Origin: an uncultured Verrucomicrobiota bacterium
GTDB lineage: Bacteria; Verrucomicrobiota; Kiritimatiellia; CAIKKV01; CAITUY01
Length of the DNA: 64,000 nucleotides
Direction: 5' to 3'
NCBI GenBank assembly: GCA_964611575.1
Contig: CAZTAJ010000002.1
Coordinates: 22,582-86,581, forward strand
Positions 8,717 through 19,239 of the stretch are shown here, piece by piece. The position numbers were made by a program, and so were the translations under genes. The notes beneath the pieces were generated by a model that did no database searches, was not told the origin of the DNA, and was given only the letters and a program-made list of their open reading frames with translations. How positions within the stretch are numbered: position 1 is the first letter of the stretch; every line of letters begins with the position of its first letter.

Positions 8717-11700
8717 TCAGGGCTTGTCCGTGTCCGTGGGGCGATCTTTCACCCCCAGCCAGTTCTTCATCTTCGAGAGTGTCCCGGCGCCGGCCTTGTC
8801 CTTCTGCTGTTGGTCCCAGGACTGCAGTTCCGCCTGGAGTTGGTTCTCCAATTTACCCAGGGTTTGCTGCGGAGGGCGGCTGGCGCTGCGTGGGCGAGGC
8901 GGATGGGCGGCGCGCGGCGCAGCGCCCGCGGTCGTCCTGGCCAGGGACGGGCTGGAAACGATCTCCGCCTGCACCACATCCGCGGCAGGTTCGGGAGCCG
9001 GGGCCTCCGGTTCGGAGGCCTTGGCGGTTCCCCGGGGGATTTCGATTACGGTGGCCCGCGGGACATCGCGCGCGGCCGCAGCCCGCTGCTGGCGCAGGTT
9101 GCGGAGTTGCTCCTCCTGCATATCAACGCGGCGGCGCGCCTCGGTCAGTTGCACGCCGGCGGCGCGGACATCGCTTTTCAGTCGCTCAATCTGGCGCAGC
9201 AGGTTCTGCTCGTTCTGGGCGGCATCCTGTCGCAGGGTGCGCTGCTGTTCCTCGGCCGCTTCCAACTTGCGGCGGGCATCCTTGATGCTCCGCTCCTGTT
9301 CCTCGGCATTCTGGGTCAGGACCTGGATGCGTGCCTGGGCATCCGCCTGGGCCCGGCTGCCATCGTCCTTCAGTTGCGTCTGGGCTTGGCGTGACTCATC
9401 GAGTTGACGCTGGGCCGCCTTGAGTTCCTCGGTGGTCAGTGCGGCGCGGGCATCGACCTGCTGGATCTGGTTCTGCCAGTCCGCGGCGAGTTGCTGGGCC
9501 GCCTGTTCGGAGTCGGTCAGCCGGCGGCGAAGGTCGTTCAGTTCCGATTCCTTCTCCTCGGCGAACTGCTCCACACGCTGGCGGAGTTCCGTTTCCCATT
9601 GGTCGCGCCGGGCGACATCGGCCTGCTGGCGTTTGCGTTCGGCTTCAGCCATTTGGCGTGCTTCGGCCAGTTCGGCCTGCAGCGCGGCGGTCTGGCCCTG
9701 GGCGCGGGCCCGTTCCTCCGAGGCGGTGCGCGCAAGCTGGACGGTTTCGGCGGTGCGGGCGTCGAGTTGTGCCTGAAGGGCCAGGAGTGCGCGGTGGGCG
9801 CTCTCGGCGGTTTCGGTTTTTTCGCGTCGCGCGGCCTCAAGGTCGGCCTGCACGCGCGCCAGCATGGCGGCGCGGCGTTCGTTGTCCCCGGCGACTTGCT
9901 CCACACGCAGGCGGAGTTCCTGTTCCGCCTGGTCGCGCCGGGCGGCGGCGGTCTGTTGGCGCTTACGTTCGGCTTCCGCTGCCTGTCGCGTTTCGGCGAG
10001 TTCGGCCTGGGCCTGCTGGAGGCGGGTTTCGCGATTTTCGGCCTCCTGGGAGAGCGCCGCCAGCGAGGCGTGGCTCTGGGCCAGTTCGGCCTGCAGCGCG
10101 GCGGTCTGCCCCTGGGCGCGGGCGCGTTCCTCCGAGGCGGTGCGCGTAAGCTGGGCGGTCTCGGCGGTGCGGGCATCGAGTTGCGCCCGGAGGGCCAGGA
10201 GCGCGCGGTGGGCGGTTTCGGCGGCCTCGGTCTTCTCGTGCCGGGCGGCTTCAAGATCGGCCTGCAGGCGCGCCAGCATGGCGACGTGGCGTTCGTTGTC
10301 CCCGGCGACTTGCTCCACGCGCTGGCGGAGTTCCTGTTCCGTCTGGTCGCGCTGGGCGGCAGCGGCCTGTTGGCGCTTGCGTTCGGCCTCCAGCGTCTGT
10401 CGCATCTCGGCGAGTTCGGCCTGGCTCTGCTGGAGGCGGGCCTGGCGCTCCTCGGCCTCCTGAGAGAGCGCCGCCAGCGCGGCGTGGCCCCGGGCCAGTT
10501 CGGCCTGCAGCGCGGCGGTCTGACCCTGGGCGCGGGCGCGTTCCTCCGAGGCGGTGCGCGCAAGCTGGACGGTTTCGGCGGTGCGGGCGTCGAGTTGTGC
10601 CTGAAGGGCCAGGAGTGCGCGGTGGGCGCTCTCGGCGGTTTCGGTTTTTTCGCGTCGCGCGGCCTCAAGGTCGGCCTGCACGCGCGCCAGCATGGCGGCG
10701 CGGCGTTCGTTGTCCCCGGCGACTTGCTCCACGCGCTGGCGGAGTTCCTGTTCCGTCTGGTCGCGCTGGGCGGCAGCGGCCTGTTGGCGCTTGCGTTCGG
10801 CCTCCAGCGTCTGTCGCATCTCGGCGAGTTCGGCCTGGCTCTGCTGGAGGCGGGCTTCGCGATTCTCGGCCTCCTGAGAGAGCGCCGTCAGCGAGGCGTG
10901 GCCCCGGGCCAGTTCGGCCTGCAGCGCGGCAGTCTGGCCCTGGGCGCGGGTGCGTTCCTCCGAGGCGGCGCGCGCGAGCTGGGCGGCCTCGGCGGTGCGG
11001 GCGTCGAGTTGTGTCTGGAGGGCCAGGAGTGCGCGCTGGGCGGTTTCGGCGGCCTCGGCCTTTTCACGGCCCAGGGCCTCGACCCGGTCGCGCCATTGCG
11101 TGAGCGCGGCCCCGGCGATTTCGACGTCGCGTCGGGCGGCTTCGCCATCGGCCAGTCGCTTCTGCCGTTCGCTCTCGGCATCGCGGCGCAAGGCTTCGAG
11201 GTCGGTCTGTGCCCGCGCGAGCATGGTCGTTCGTTCGTCAAGGTCGTGGTGCAGGGTATCGATGATGCTGCGGGCTTCCTCGATCGTGGCCTGGTGCTCG
11301 GACTGCAGCGTGGCGTGGTCGTGGGCCAGCGCATCCCGTTCCCGGCGCAAGGCCTCATGGCGCTCATGGGCGTCAGTGAGCGCGGCGGCGGATTCGGCTA
11401 TCCGGCCTTGCAGGCGTTCGGTTTCGGCGCGGGCGGTCTCCGTGAGAGCGGTTTTCTCGGCGCGCAGGGTGTCGGCCAGGGCCGTCATCTGTTCGGCCGT
11501 GCCGCGGACGGCGGCCAGTTCCTTCCGGAGCGAGCTGGATTCGGATTCCTGGAGTTTGCCGTTCTGGTTCCGTTCGGCGAGCAGTTCGGAAAGCTGGTAC
11601 TTCAAACCGTCCAAGGCCTGCCGCGAGTCGTCGAGGGTGGTCGTGAGTTCGTCCTGCCGCTGACGGGCGGCGATCTGCGCCTCTTCATAGGCCGCCTTGA

Positions 11701-13297
11701 GGCGGGTGAATTGCTGCTGTACGCCGGCCAGGCGCGAGATGGCATCCGCCGCCCTGGCCTTGGCCGCCTCGTTTTCGGCTTCCAGTTCCGCCAGGCACCC
11801 GTCGGGGGGCTGCCTCGCGGGTTGCTTGGCCCGCTCAGCCTCCAGCAGGGTCTGAAGTTGGACGGCCAGTTCGGAATTGTGCTGTGATTCCGCCGACAGG
11901 CGGGCGACGACCTGGTTGAGCCTCTCGCGTTCGCGGGCGAAATCGGCCTCCTGCTTGAGAAGGCGTTCGTTCTCGTCGTTGGCCTGGAGTTCATGCTGGG
12001 TGGTTTGGGCGCGGACTTCTTGGAGTTCGCCGGTCAGTTGCTGCACATAGGCCTGCAGACCCTGCTCGCGTTGGGCGGCCTGGAGAAGGCGGGCCTGTTC
12101 GTCCTTCAAGGTTCCCCGGGTGTCGTCGAGGGCCTGACTGGCCGCGGTCAACTCGCTGCGCAGGGCCGCGACCCGATCGGTCAATTCGCGGCGCAAGGCC
12201 TCCATGGCCTGGGCTTGCGTGGTTTCGGCCTCGGCCTGGGCTTCCGACGCCTGGCGGAGCTGCCGCAAATCATTCTCGACACGGTCGGCTTCCTCGGCGC
12301 GGGCGGCCAGCCCTTTCTCGCGTCGTTGCAGGACTTCCAGTTCGGCATCGCGGGCCGCCAGTGCGGCCTCCGCGGCCGCCAATTGTGTCAGGGTCTGATC
12401 GCGTTCGGCCTCCAGCCGGTCCTGGGTTTTTGCCAGGGCGGCGAGGGTCTGCTCCGCCTTCCGGGCGCGCTCGGCCTCGTCCTTCCGCTGTTCGTCGCGC
12501 GTGTGCTGGTCGGCAATCGTGCGGTTCTCCGTGTCGACCCGTTGGTCCTGCAACTGCTGTTCGGCGTCTGCCAGCCGGCCCGTGAGGTCGGCGACCGCCG
12601 TCTCGCGGTCGCTTAACGCTGTTTCCAGTTCGGTCAGTCGCCCGGCCAGTCCGGTCTTCGCCTCTTCAAGCGCGAGCAATTGACGGGCGATGTCGCTCTC
12701 GCGGCTCTGCCAGAGCTTCAGTTCGGCGGCGTGGTCACGGTGGGCGGCGGCCAGTGTGGCGGTGGCGTAGGAGGCGGCATCCTCGGACTGCTTGCGCCCG
12801 CGTTCCAGTTCGCGGATCCGGTCGAGCAGGGACTGTTCCCGGTTCTTGCTCTGTGTGCGGATCTGGTTATAGACGGCCGTGATCTCGTTCAGTTTGCGGT
12901 CGAGGGACTCGGCCGTGGCCTGGGACCGATTGCGGTCGGCGCGGGCGGCCTCCAGGTCGGCGGTCAGGGCGGTCGTGGTGCCGGTTTCGGCGACTCGTGC
13001 GGAGAGCGCTTCATGCTCGCGGGCCAGTTCAGCCAGGCGGGATTCGAAGGCGGCCTGATCGCCCCGGCGGGCCTGCTGTTCCTGATCCAGGGTCGACTGC
13101 AGACGGCGGGCGAGGGCGGTTTCCCGGGCCGCCTCGGCGCTGCGCTGTTCAACGCGGGCGGACAGATTGACAAGCATCCGAACGAGGATTTCCCGGTCCA
13201 GTTCATCGTACAGCACGGGCTGCGGGGTCACGTGCTCCGTCTTACGGCGTGATGCGAAATCCCACATCGAACGTCTCATCATGTTCCTCCAAGGCAT
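8717..13297 (-). CDS. Giant coiled-coil protein (1526 aa) with four near-identical ~138-aa tandem repeats
   Basis: A continuous 4.58-kb ORF rich in E/R/Q/A/L, with coiled-coil heptads. DNA segments at 9690-9900, 10100-10320 and 10515-10740 are nearly identical. The antisense ORFs are G/L/F-rich junk. Confidence 0.7.
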   Translation of the reverse strand: MPWRNMMRRSMWDFASRRKTEHVTPQPVLYDELDREILVRMLVNLSARVEQRSAEAARETALARRLQSTLDQEQQARRGDQAAFESRLAELAREHEALSARVAETGTTTALTADLEAARADRNRSQATAESLDRKLNEITAVYNQIRTQSKNREQSLLDRIRELERGRKQSEDAASYATATLAAAHRDHAAELKLWQSRESDIARQLLALEEAKTGLAGRLTELETALSDRETAVADLTGRLADAEQQLQDQRVDTENRTIADQHTRDEQRKDEAERARKAEQTLAALAKTQDRLEAERDQTLTQLAAAEAALAARDAELEVLQRREKGLAARAEEADRVENDLRQLRQASEAQAEAETTQAQAMEALRRELTDRVAALRSELTAASQALDDTRGTLKDEQARLLQAAQREQGLQAYVQQLTGELQEVRAQTTQHELQANDENERLLKQEADFARERERLNQVVARLSAESQHNSELAVQLQTLLEAERAKQPARQPPDGCLAELEAENEAAKARAADAISRLAGVQQQFTRLKAAYEEAQIAARQRQDELTTTLDDSRQALDGLKYQLSELLAERNQNGKLQESESSSLRKELAAVRGTAEQMTALADTLRAEKTALTETARAETERLQGRIAESAAALTDAHERHEALRRERDALAHDHATLQSEHQATIEEARSIIDTLHHDLDERTTMLARAQTDLEALRRDAESERQKRLADGEAARRDVEIAGAALTQWRDRVEALGREKAEAAETAQRALLALQTQLDARTAEAAQLARAASEERTRAQGQTAALQAELARGHASLTALSQEAENREARLQQSQAELAEMRQTLEAERKRQQAAAAQRDQTEQELRQRVEQVAGDNERRAAMLARVQADLEAARREKTETAESAHRALLALQAQLDARTAETVQLARTASEERARAQGQTAALQAELARGHAALAALSQEAEERQARLQQSQAELAEMRQTLEAERKRQQAAAAQRDQTEQELRQRVEQVAGDNERHVAMLARLQADLEAARHEKTEAAETAHRALLALRAQLDARTAETAQLTRTASEERARAQGQTAALQAELAQSHASLAALSQEAENRETRLQQAQAELAETRQAAEAERKRQQTAAARRDQAEQELRLRVEQVAGDNERRAAMLARVQADLEAARREKTETAESAHRALLALQAQLDARTAETVQLARTASEERARAQGQTAALQAELAEARQMAEAERKRQQADVARRDQWETELRQRVEQFAEEKESELNDLRRRLTDSEQAAQQLAADWQNQIQQVDARAALTTEELKAAQRQLDESRQAQTQLKDDGSRAQADAQARIQVLTQNAEEQERSIKDARRKLEAAEEQQRTLRQDAAQNEQNLLRQIERLKSDVRAAGVQLTEARRRVDMQEEQLRNLRQQRAAAARDVPRATVIEIPRGTAKASEPEAPAPEPAADVVQAEIVSSPSLARTTAGAAPRAAHPPRPRSASRPPQQTLGKLENQLQAELQSWDQQQKDKAGAGTLSKMKNWLGVKDRPTDTDKP

Positions 13298-13574
13298 CCC
13301 GACCGGTGGTCATGGGGGCTGGCATGCCGTGTGTGGCGAGTGATAGTAGCGGACCGGAGAAGGGTTTCCAAGCGCGTTGTCAAAGGTTGTGCCAAGGTCG
13401 TGCACACCTCCCGATCCGAGTCACAGTGGGGTTGCACACCCGTCCGCGCCGCAGGCGTCGCGCTTGTATGCGGCCTGGGGACATTCGCATCCCTCCTTGC
13501 GTCGGGGGATGGCTGGCGGTAGGGTGATGCCGTTTTGAGGGCCTGGAAGACCTGGGCGGGGTGGCGGGGGCGCT

Positions 13575-14444
13575 ATGACAAATGTATGGTTTGCTTTCGG
13601 GCTCACGGCTTTTGCCGGCATGGCCACGGGCATCGGCAGCGCGCTGGCCTTCTTCACGCAGCGCACCAACTACCGCTTCCTGTCCGTCTCAACTGGCTTC
13701 TCCGCCGGCGTCATGCTCTATGTGTCGTTTGTGGAAATCCTCGCCAAGGGGCTTGACGCCCTCGTGCCGCGGTTCGGCGAGCACGGGGCCCACTGGATCA
13801 ATGCCGCCTCGTTCTTCGGCGGCATTCTCCTGATCGGGTTGATCGACAACCTCATCCCCGCGGCGGAGAACCCGCATGAGTTGCACTCGGAGACGGAAAC
13901 CCAGCCGCTTCATCTCCGTCCTCCGGCTGGCTCCCCGGTCGCCGGGCTGCATCCCGACAGCGCCCATCACAAGAAGCTGATGCGCATGGGCCTGTTCACG
14001 GCTCTGGCCATCGCCATCCACAATTTCCCCGAGGGTCTGGCCACCTTCCTGGCGGCCCTGCACAACCCCTCCCTTGGCATCGCCATCGCGGTCGCGATTG
14101 CCCTGCACAACATTCCCGAGGGCATCAGCGTGGCCGTGCCGATCTATTTCGCGACCGGCAACCGCAGGAAGGCGTTCACCTACTCCCTCCTCAGCGGCAT
14201 GGCCGAACCCGTCGGGGCGGGCATCGCCTACCTGGTGCTGCGCCTGCTGGTGGGTAATGGGAACGGCGGCATCCCCTTGTCCATCATGGGCATCCTCTTC
14301 GGCGGGGTGGCCGGCATCATGGTGTACATCAGTCTCGACGAGCTTCTGCCGACCAGTCGGGCCTACGGCAAGGGACACGACAGCTTGCTCGGCCTGGTCG
14401 CCGGCATGGCGGTCATGGCGCTGAGTCTGTTGCTGATGCTGTGA
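13575..14444 (+). CDS. zupT: ZIP-family zinc transporter ZupT
   Basis: 289 aa with about eight TM helices. It carries the ZIP motifs HNFPEGLA and [10 protein letters not shown]. Confidence 0.9.
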   Translation: MTNVWFAFGLTAFAGMATGIGSALAFFTQRTNYRFLSVSTGFSAGVMLYVSFVEILAKGLDALVPRFGEHGAHWINAASFFGGILLIGLIDNLIPAAENPHELHSETETQPLHLRPPAGSPVAGLHPDSAHHKKLMRMGLFTALAIAIHNFPEGLATFLAALHNPSLGIAIAVAIALHNIPEGISVAVPIYFATGNRRKAFTYSLLSGMAEPVGAGIAYLVLRLLVGNGNGGIPLSIMGILFGGVAGIMVYISLDELLPTSRAYGKGHDSLLGLVAGMAVMALSLLLML

Positions 14445-14462
14445 CGGACCGGCGCGCGGGCG

Positions 14463-16400
14463 TCACCGCATCTGCTGGCGGTTCAGCCGGGCGTAGAAGC
14501 CGCCCGCCTTTGCCAGTTCATCGTGCGTGCCGGCCTCGGCCACCACCCCGCCGTTGAGCACATAGATGTGCTGACAGCGCATCGCCATCGATACGCGCTG
14601 CGAGACAATTACGGCCGTGCGGCCGGTCAGGATCTTCACCAGCGTGGCCTGGATGCGGCGTTCCGTCTCGGCGTCCAGCGCCGACATGCAGTCGTCGAGC
14701 AGCAACACGTCGGGTTGCGTGAGCAGGGCGCGGGCCAGCGTGATGCGCTGGCGCTGCCCGCCCGAGAGGGTCATGCCTTTTTCGCCGATCAGCGTCTCGT
14801 ATTTCACCGGCAGTTCCATGATCAGGTCGTGGATCTCGGCCGCCTTGGCGGCGGCCACGATGTCGTTCGGGCTGGCGTCGGGGTTGCCGTAACAGATGTT
14901 GTCCCGGATGGAACCGCCGAAGATCTGCGGTTCCTGCGGCACCAGCACCACGCGGCGGCGCAGGTCGTTGAAGCGGATCCGGTTGAGCGGCACATGATCG
15001 AAGAAGATGCCGCCGGTCACCGGTTCGTAGAGCCGGCTGATGAGGTAAAGCAGCGTGCTCTTGCCGCACCCGCTCGACCCCATCACGCAGGCCCAGGACC
15101 CGGCGGGGATGTGCAGGGTGATATCCTCCAGCACGGCGTCGGTCTGCTGCTCGTACCGGAAATGCACGTTCAGCAGGGTGGTGCCGCGCTTGAGCGGCAC
15201 CGGGAAGGCCAGCGCGTCGGGCGCCTCGACGATGGTCTCCTTTTCGTCGAGCACCTGGCTCAGGCGCTGCAGGACGATCAGCAGCTTGGAGAAGGTGACG
15301 TTAAGCTGGCTGAGCTGGATGACCGGGCCGAACAGCACGCCCGCCACGCCGTTGGCGTACATCAGGGTGCCGAGGGTCATGTCGCCGGCCAGCACGCGCA
15401 TCGTGCCGAACAGGAATAAGCCGCACATGCCGATCGCCGCAATGACCGTGCACAGGGCGCCCAGGCCCGCGCTGACGTGCTGTTGCAGCATCGTGTCGCG
15501 GAGAAAGCACGCGGACAAGCGGTGGAAGTTCAGGTCCTCGTGGGGTTCGCGGCCGTAGGCCTGGATGGCCTTGATGCTGTCCAGTTTCTGTGACGCCAGG
15601 GAGTACATCCAGGAGTTGGTGTGCCGCAGTTCGGCGTTGACCTCCTTCAGGACGCGGCGTGACCGGCGATAGACCATCGTGTAGGCCGGCAGCGTCAGCA
15701 GCGCGATGACGCCGAAGCGCCAGTCGATCACGAACAGGATCGCCAGCCCCGTCGTGATGCTGGTGAGGACGCTCAACAACGTCAGGAACGACACGTAAAG
15801 CTGGTCCTGCACCTCGCCGACATCCGACAGGATGCGGGACATCAGGCGGCCCGGCGCGTGCGATTTATGGTAGGCCAGCGACAGGCGCATGACCTTCTGG
15901 TGCAGGTCCTCCCGCAGCCGTCCCGTGAGCCGCTGGCTGATCCGGATCCGGGCGCGGGCCTCCATCCGCGATCCCACGTTGGACAGGATCAGCGTGGCCA
16001 GGTAGATCCCGAAGAGCAGGCCCAGGGTGCCCATCGCGCCCGCGGGGCGGACGGACAGGCCGGGACCGCGGTCACGGTCGAGCCCGCTCCGCGCGCGGGC
16101 GGCCTCGGGCATGCGGTCTGCGCGCAGCGACGGCGCGTCCCGGGCGGCCAGGGCGGTGGCGGGCGTATCCGCGGTCGTGTTGACGACCAGGATCGAATCG
16201 ACCACCACCCGTCCGTACCAGGCCATCAGGAAGGGCGCGTCCGCATTGATAATCCACCAGATGGCGATGGCCAGAAGCACGCGCCGGTGAGGCCACACGT
16301 ATTCGCGCACGAAGCGGAAATAGAGCGCCACATGCCCGGCCTCCGGCGCGTATTCGCGGCGCGGCGGGCGGAAGCGGATGTTGCGGTGGTGCGTCTTCAT
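14463..16400 (-). CDS. ABC transporter ATP-binding/permease protein (exporter half-transporter)
   Basis: 645 aa with an N-terminal TMD and a C-terminal NBD. Walker A is GSSGCGKST, the signature is LSGGQRQRITLARAL, and Walker B is LLLDD. Confidence 0.9.
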   Translation of the reverse strand: MKTHHRNIRFRPPRREYAPEAGHVALYFRFVREYVWPHRRVLLAIAIWWIINADAPFLMAWYGRVVVDSILVVNTTADTPATALAARDAPSLRADRMPEAARARSGLDRDRGPGLSVRPAGAMGTLGLLFGIYLATLILSNVGSRMEARARIRISQRLTGRLREDLHQKVMRLSLAYHKSHAPGRLMSRILSDVGEVQDQLYVSFLTLLSVLTSITTGLAILFVIDWRFGVIALLTLPAYTMVYRRSRRVLKEVNAELRHTNSWMYSLASQKLDSIKAIQAYGREPHEDLNFHRLSACFLRDTMLQQHVSAGLGALCTVIAAIGMCGLFLFGTMRVLAGDMTLGTLMYANGVAGVLFGPVIQLSQLNVTFSKLLIVLQRLSQVLDEKETIVEAPDALAFPVPLKRGTTLLNVHFRYEQQTDAVLEDITLHIPAGSWACVMGSSGCGKSTLLYLISRLYEPVTGGIFFDHVPLNRIRFNDLRRRVVLVPQEPQIFGGSIRDNICYGNPDASPNDIVAAAKAAEIHDLIMELPVKYETLIGEKGMTLSGGQRQRITLARALLTQPDVLLLDDCMSALDAETERRIQATLVKILTGRTAVIVSQRVSMAMRCQHIYVLNGGVVAEAGTHDELAKAGGFYARLNRQQMR

Positions 16401-16404
16401 GGCG

Positions 16405-18180
16405 TCATCCCGGAATGCCCGCCACCACCGTCTGGGATTCGTCCAGGGTGCCGCGGCCCATGAACTTGGCGTAGATGGCCGCGTAATGCCCGCCCGGGAT
16501 CTTCATGAGATCGTCGTGGCAGCCCTGTTCCACGATGCGGCCCTGGCTCATCAGCACAATGACATCGGCGGTCCGGATGGTGCTGAGGCGGTGCGCCACG
16601 ATGAAGGCGGTCCGGTTCTTCAGCACGCGTTCCATGGCGACCTGGATGGCGCGTTCGGACTCGCTGTCCAGCGCGCTGGTGGCCTCGTCCATGATCAGGA
16701 TGGCCGGATCGGCCGCGACCGCGCGCGCAATGGTGATGCGCTGCTTCTGCCCGGTGGACAGTTGCGTGCCCTCGACGCCGATGACCGTCTCGTACCCCTG
16801 CGGCAGGGTCATGATGAAGTCGTGAATCTCGGCGACACGCGCGGCGGTCTCGATGTCCGCCTGCGTGGCGCCCGGCCGCGCGTAGCGGATGTTGTTGGCG
16901 ATCGTGGCCGTGAACAGTTGCGGCTCCTGGAGCACAATGCCGAACTGGCGCCGCAACTGCTTCAGCCGGAGCGTGCGCACGTCATGCCCGTCGAGGCGCA
17001 GCTCGCCCCCGGTGACATCGTAGAAACGCAGCAGCAGCGAGAGCAGGGTGCTCTTGCCGCACCCCGTGGGCCCGATCAGCGCCACCGTCTGGCCGGGCTC
17101 GACATGCAGGCTGAAATCGCGGATGACCGGCTTGTCCGGCGCGTAATGGAAGCTGACCTTGTCGAAATCGACCCGGCCGGTCAGGCGGGGCGCCACGTGC
17201 GCGGCGGGATCGTCGCGGATTTCCGGCGTTTCCGTGAACAGTTCGGTGAGCCGGTCGGCGGCCACGCCCACATCCTGGATCTGCTTGGCCAGCAGCGAGA
17301 ACCGCACGGACGGCCAGAGGAGCTGCATGGTGTACGTGGTGAACGCCAGCACGTCGCCGTACGTCATCAGGTCCATGAGCACCAGCGCGCAACCGGCGAA
17401 GTAGATCGCCGTACGGCCGGCCTCCGCCAGGAGCTGGGTGTTCATCCAGAACGTGTTATTGGTGACCTGCAGTTCGCGAACCTGCTGCAGGCTGGCGACC
17501 GATTGCGACTGGAACACGCCTTGTTCGCGCACCTCGGCGCCGTAGCTCTTGACGACCAGGTTCGTCATGAGACGGTCCTGCAGCCCGGCCGACAGGCGGT
17601 CCATCGACCGCTGGTACGTGCGGTTGATCTGGCGCAGGGAGCCCATGTTGAGGCGCACGTTGAGCACGAACACCGCGCTCAGGGCCACAATCACGAGGGC
17701 CAGGCGCCAGTTGATCAGGAAGGTGGCCGTGATGGCAAAGGCGGCGCAGACCAGGTCGGACAGGATGCTGATCGTCTGGGCGGTCAGCAGGTTCTGCACC
17801 GCGCCCGTGTCGCCCATGAGGCGGTTGACCAGCATGCCGACGCCGGTTTTGCCGAAGAACCGCATGGAGAGGCGCAGGAGATGCCGGTAGAGACTCTGGC
17901 GCATGTCGAAAACGAACTTCTGGCCGACATAGGTGATGCCCAGCGTCTGCAGGTAGGAACACAGGGCATTGACCAGCGGCAGCAGAACCATGGCCAGGCC
18001 CAGCATGAACAGCGGGGTCCGGTCGCCGCGCGTGATCACGCGGTCCACGATCGCCCGCAGCACCAGCGGGGGCAGCATGGCCAGCACCGACAGCAGGATG
18101 GTCAGCGCCAGCAGGACCAGCAGACGGCGCCGGTGCGGCGCCAGAAGCGGGACGAAGAATCGCAGTCGGGCGAAGATCAT
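16405..18180 (-). CDS. ABC transporter ATP-binding/permease protein (exporter half-transporter)
   Basis: 591 aa with a 6-TM TMD and an NBD (GPTGCGKST, LSTGQKQRITIARAV, ILIMDEATSALD). It is probably the heterodimer partner of the downstream ABC gene. Confidence 0.9.
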   Translation of the reverse strand: MIFARLRFFVPLLAPHRRRLLVLLALTILLSVLAMLPPLVLRAIVDRVITRGDRTPLFMLGLAMVLLPLVNALCSYLQTLGITYVGQKFVFDMRQSLYRHLLRLSMRFFGKTGVGMLVNRLMGDTGAVQNLLTAQTISILSDLVCAAFAITATFLINWRLALVIVALSAVFVLNVRLNMGSLRQINRTYQRSMDRLSAGLQDRLMTNLVVKSYGAEVREQGVFQSQSVASLQQVRELQVTNNTFWMNTQLLAEAGRTAIYFAGCALVLMDLMTYGDVLAFTTYTMQLLWPSVRFSLLAKQIQDVGVAADRLTELFTETPEIRDDPAAHVAPRLTGRVDFDKVSFHYAPDKPVIRDFSLHVEPGQTVALIGPTGCGKSTLLSLLLRFYDVTGGELRLDGHDVRTLRLKQLRRQFGIVLQEPQLFTATIANNIRYARPGATQADIETAARVAEIHDFIMTLPQGYETVIGVEGTQLSTGQKQRITIARAVAADPAILIMDEATSALDSESERAIQVAMERVLKNRTAFIVAHRLSTIRTADVIVLMSQGRIVEQGCHDDLMKIPGGHYAAIYAKFMGRGTLDESQTVVAGIPG

Positions 18181-18196
18181 GCGGCGCCTCGCCGCC

Positions 18197-19234
18197 TTAC
18201 AAATCCAGCAGGTACTGCCACAGGCTCACCTTGCCGTAGTAGACGCGCGCTTCAGCCGAGGTGCCTGGCGACACCTTGCGGCCGCCGGTAGTGAAGTCGC
18301 CGTAGGCCACCCGGTACGTCTTCAGGCCTTCCGCCTGGATGGCATTCCGCAGGCTTTCGATCCGGCCCGTGAACCAGACTGGTTTCAGGCCGCCGTAGGA
18401 GGTCAGGCGCGCCTCGTAGCGCTGGCCTTCCGCCACCCGCGCCGCGTAGCGCTCGGGGATGCGCAGTTTGAGCACCAGACGGTCGCCGCCGAAGACCTCG
18501 TACAGGACGCTCTCCGGGCGCACCAGTTCCCCGGCCACGAACTCGTAACGCAGCACCTGGCCGGACACCGGTGCCCGCACGAATTTCAGATTCAGGCGGG
18601 CGGCGGCGCGCGCCAGGGCCTCGCCCCGCGCCGCCAGTTCCTGACGCCGCGCCGCCAGTTCCTTCTCGGCGACGGTCGGGTCTTTCTTGAGCAGCGAGTC
18701 CAGTTCGGCGTCGGCGAGTTGCCCCGCCAGCGTGACGTCCTCCATCGCGCTGCCGGCGAGGAGTCCCTTGGCCAGCAGTTCGTGCGCCCGGGCGAGTTTG
18801 GCGGCGGTGTTCTGGACGCGCAGACGGGCGATGGCAATCTGCTCCTGGTGGCGGCGCTGTTCTTCGCCGATCTCCGCCTGCCGCCGGGCGAGTTCGGATT
18901 CCATCTGCAGCACCAGGCTCTGGGCCTCGTCAACGGCGGCCTGTTCCTCGGCCATGTCCAGGCGCACCAGCACCTGCCCCTGCGTGACCACGGACCCCGT
19001 CTTGACCAGGATGTCCGCGACGGCGCCGACGGTGGACGGACGCACCTCGGCATAGACTTCGGTTGTCACGTAGCCGGTGGCCAGGAAACGCCGGTCCAGA
19101 CGGATGAGGCCCCCGGCGGCGGCCAGGGCGACCCCGATGACCAGAACCAGCGCCAGCCGCCGGATCCTGTGGCGGCGGGCCTCCCGTGCGGAGGTCAGCG
19201 CAGGTTCGCCTGTTGTGGTACGATATTCTCCCAT
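18197..19234 (-). CDS. HlyD-family membrane fusion (periplasmic adaptor) protein
   Basis: 345 aa with an N-terminal TM anchor, a long coiled-coil hairpin and flanking beta-barrel/lipoyl-like segments. Confidence 0.85.
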   Translation of the reverse strand: MGEYRTTTGEPALTSAREARRHRIRRLALVLVIGVALAAAGGLIRLDRRFLATGYVTTEVYAEVRPSTVGAVADILVKTGSVVTQGQVLVRLDMAEEQAAVDEAQSLVLQMESELARRQAEIGEEQRRHQEQIAIARLRVQNTAAKLARAHELLAKGLLAGSAMEDVTLAGQLADAELDSLLKKDPTVAEKELAARRQELAARGEALARAAARLNLKFVRAPVSGQVLRYEFVAGELVRPESVLYEVFGGDRLVLKLRIPERYAARVAEGQRYEARLTSYGGLKPVWFTGRIESLRNAIQAEGLKTYRVAYGDFTTGGRKVSPGTSAEARVYYGKVSLWQYLLDL

Positions 19235-19239
19235 GGGCG

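Noticed and set aside
9404-11887. Long plus-strand ORFs (827 aa and others) antisense to the giant coiled-coil gene
   Set aside because: Their translations are G/L/F/R-rich low-complexity, typical of the antisense of an E/R/Q/A coiled-coil coding sequence. The minus-strand ORF is continuous over 4.58 kb.
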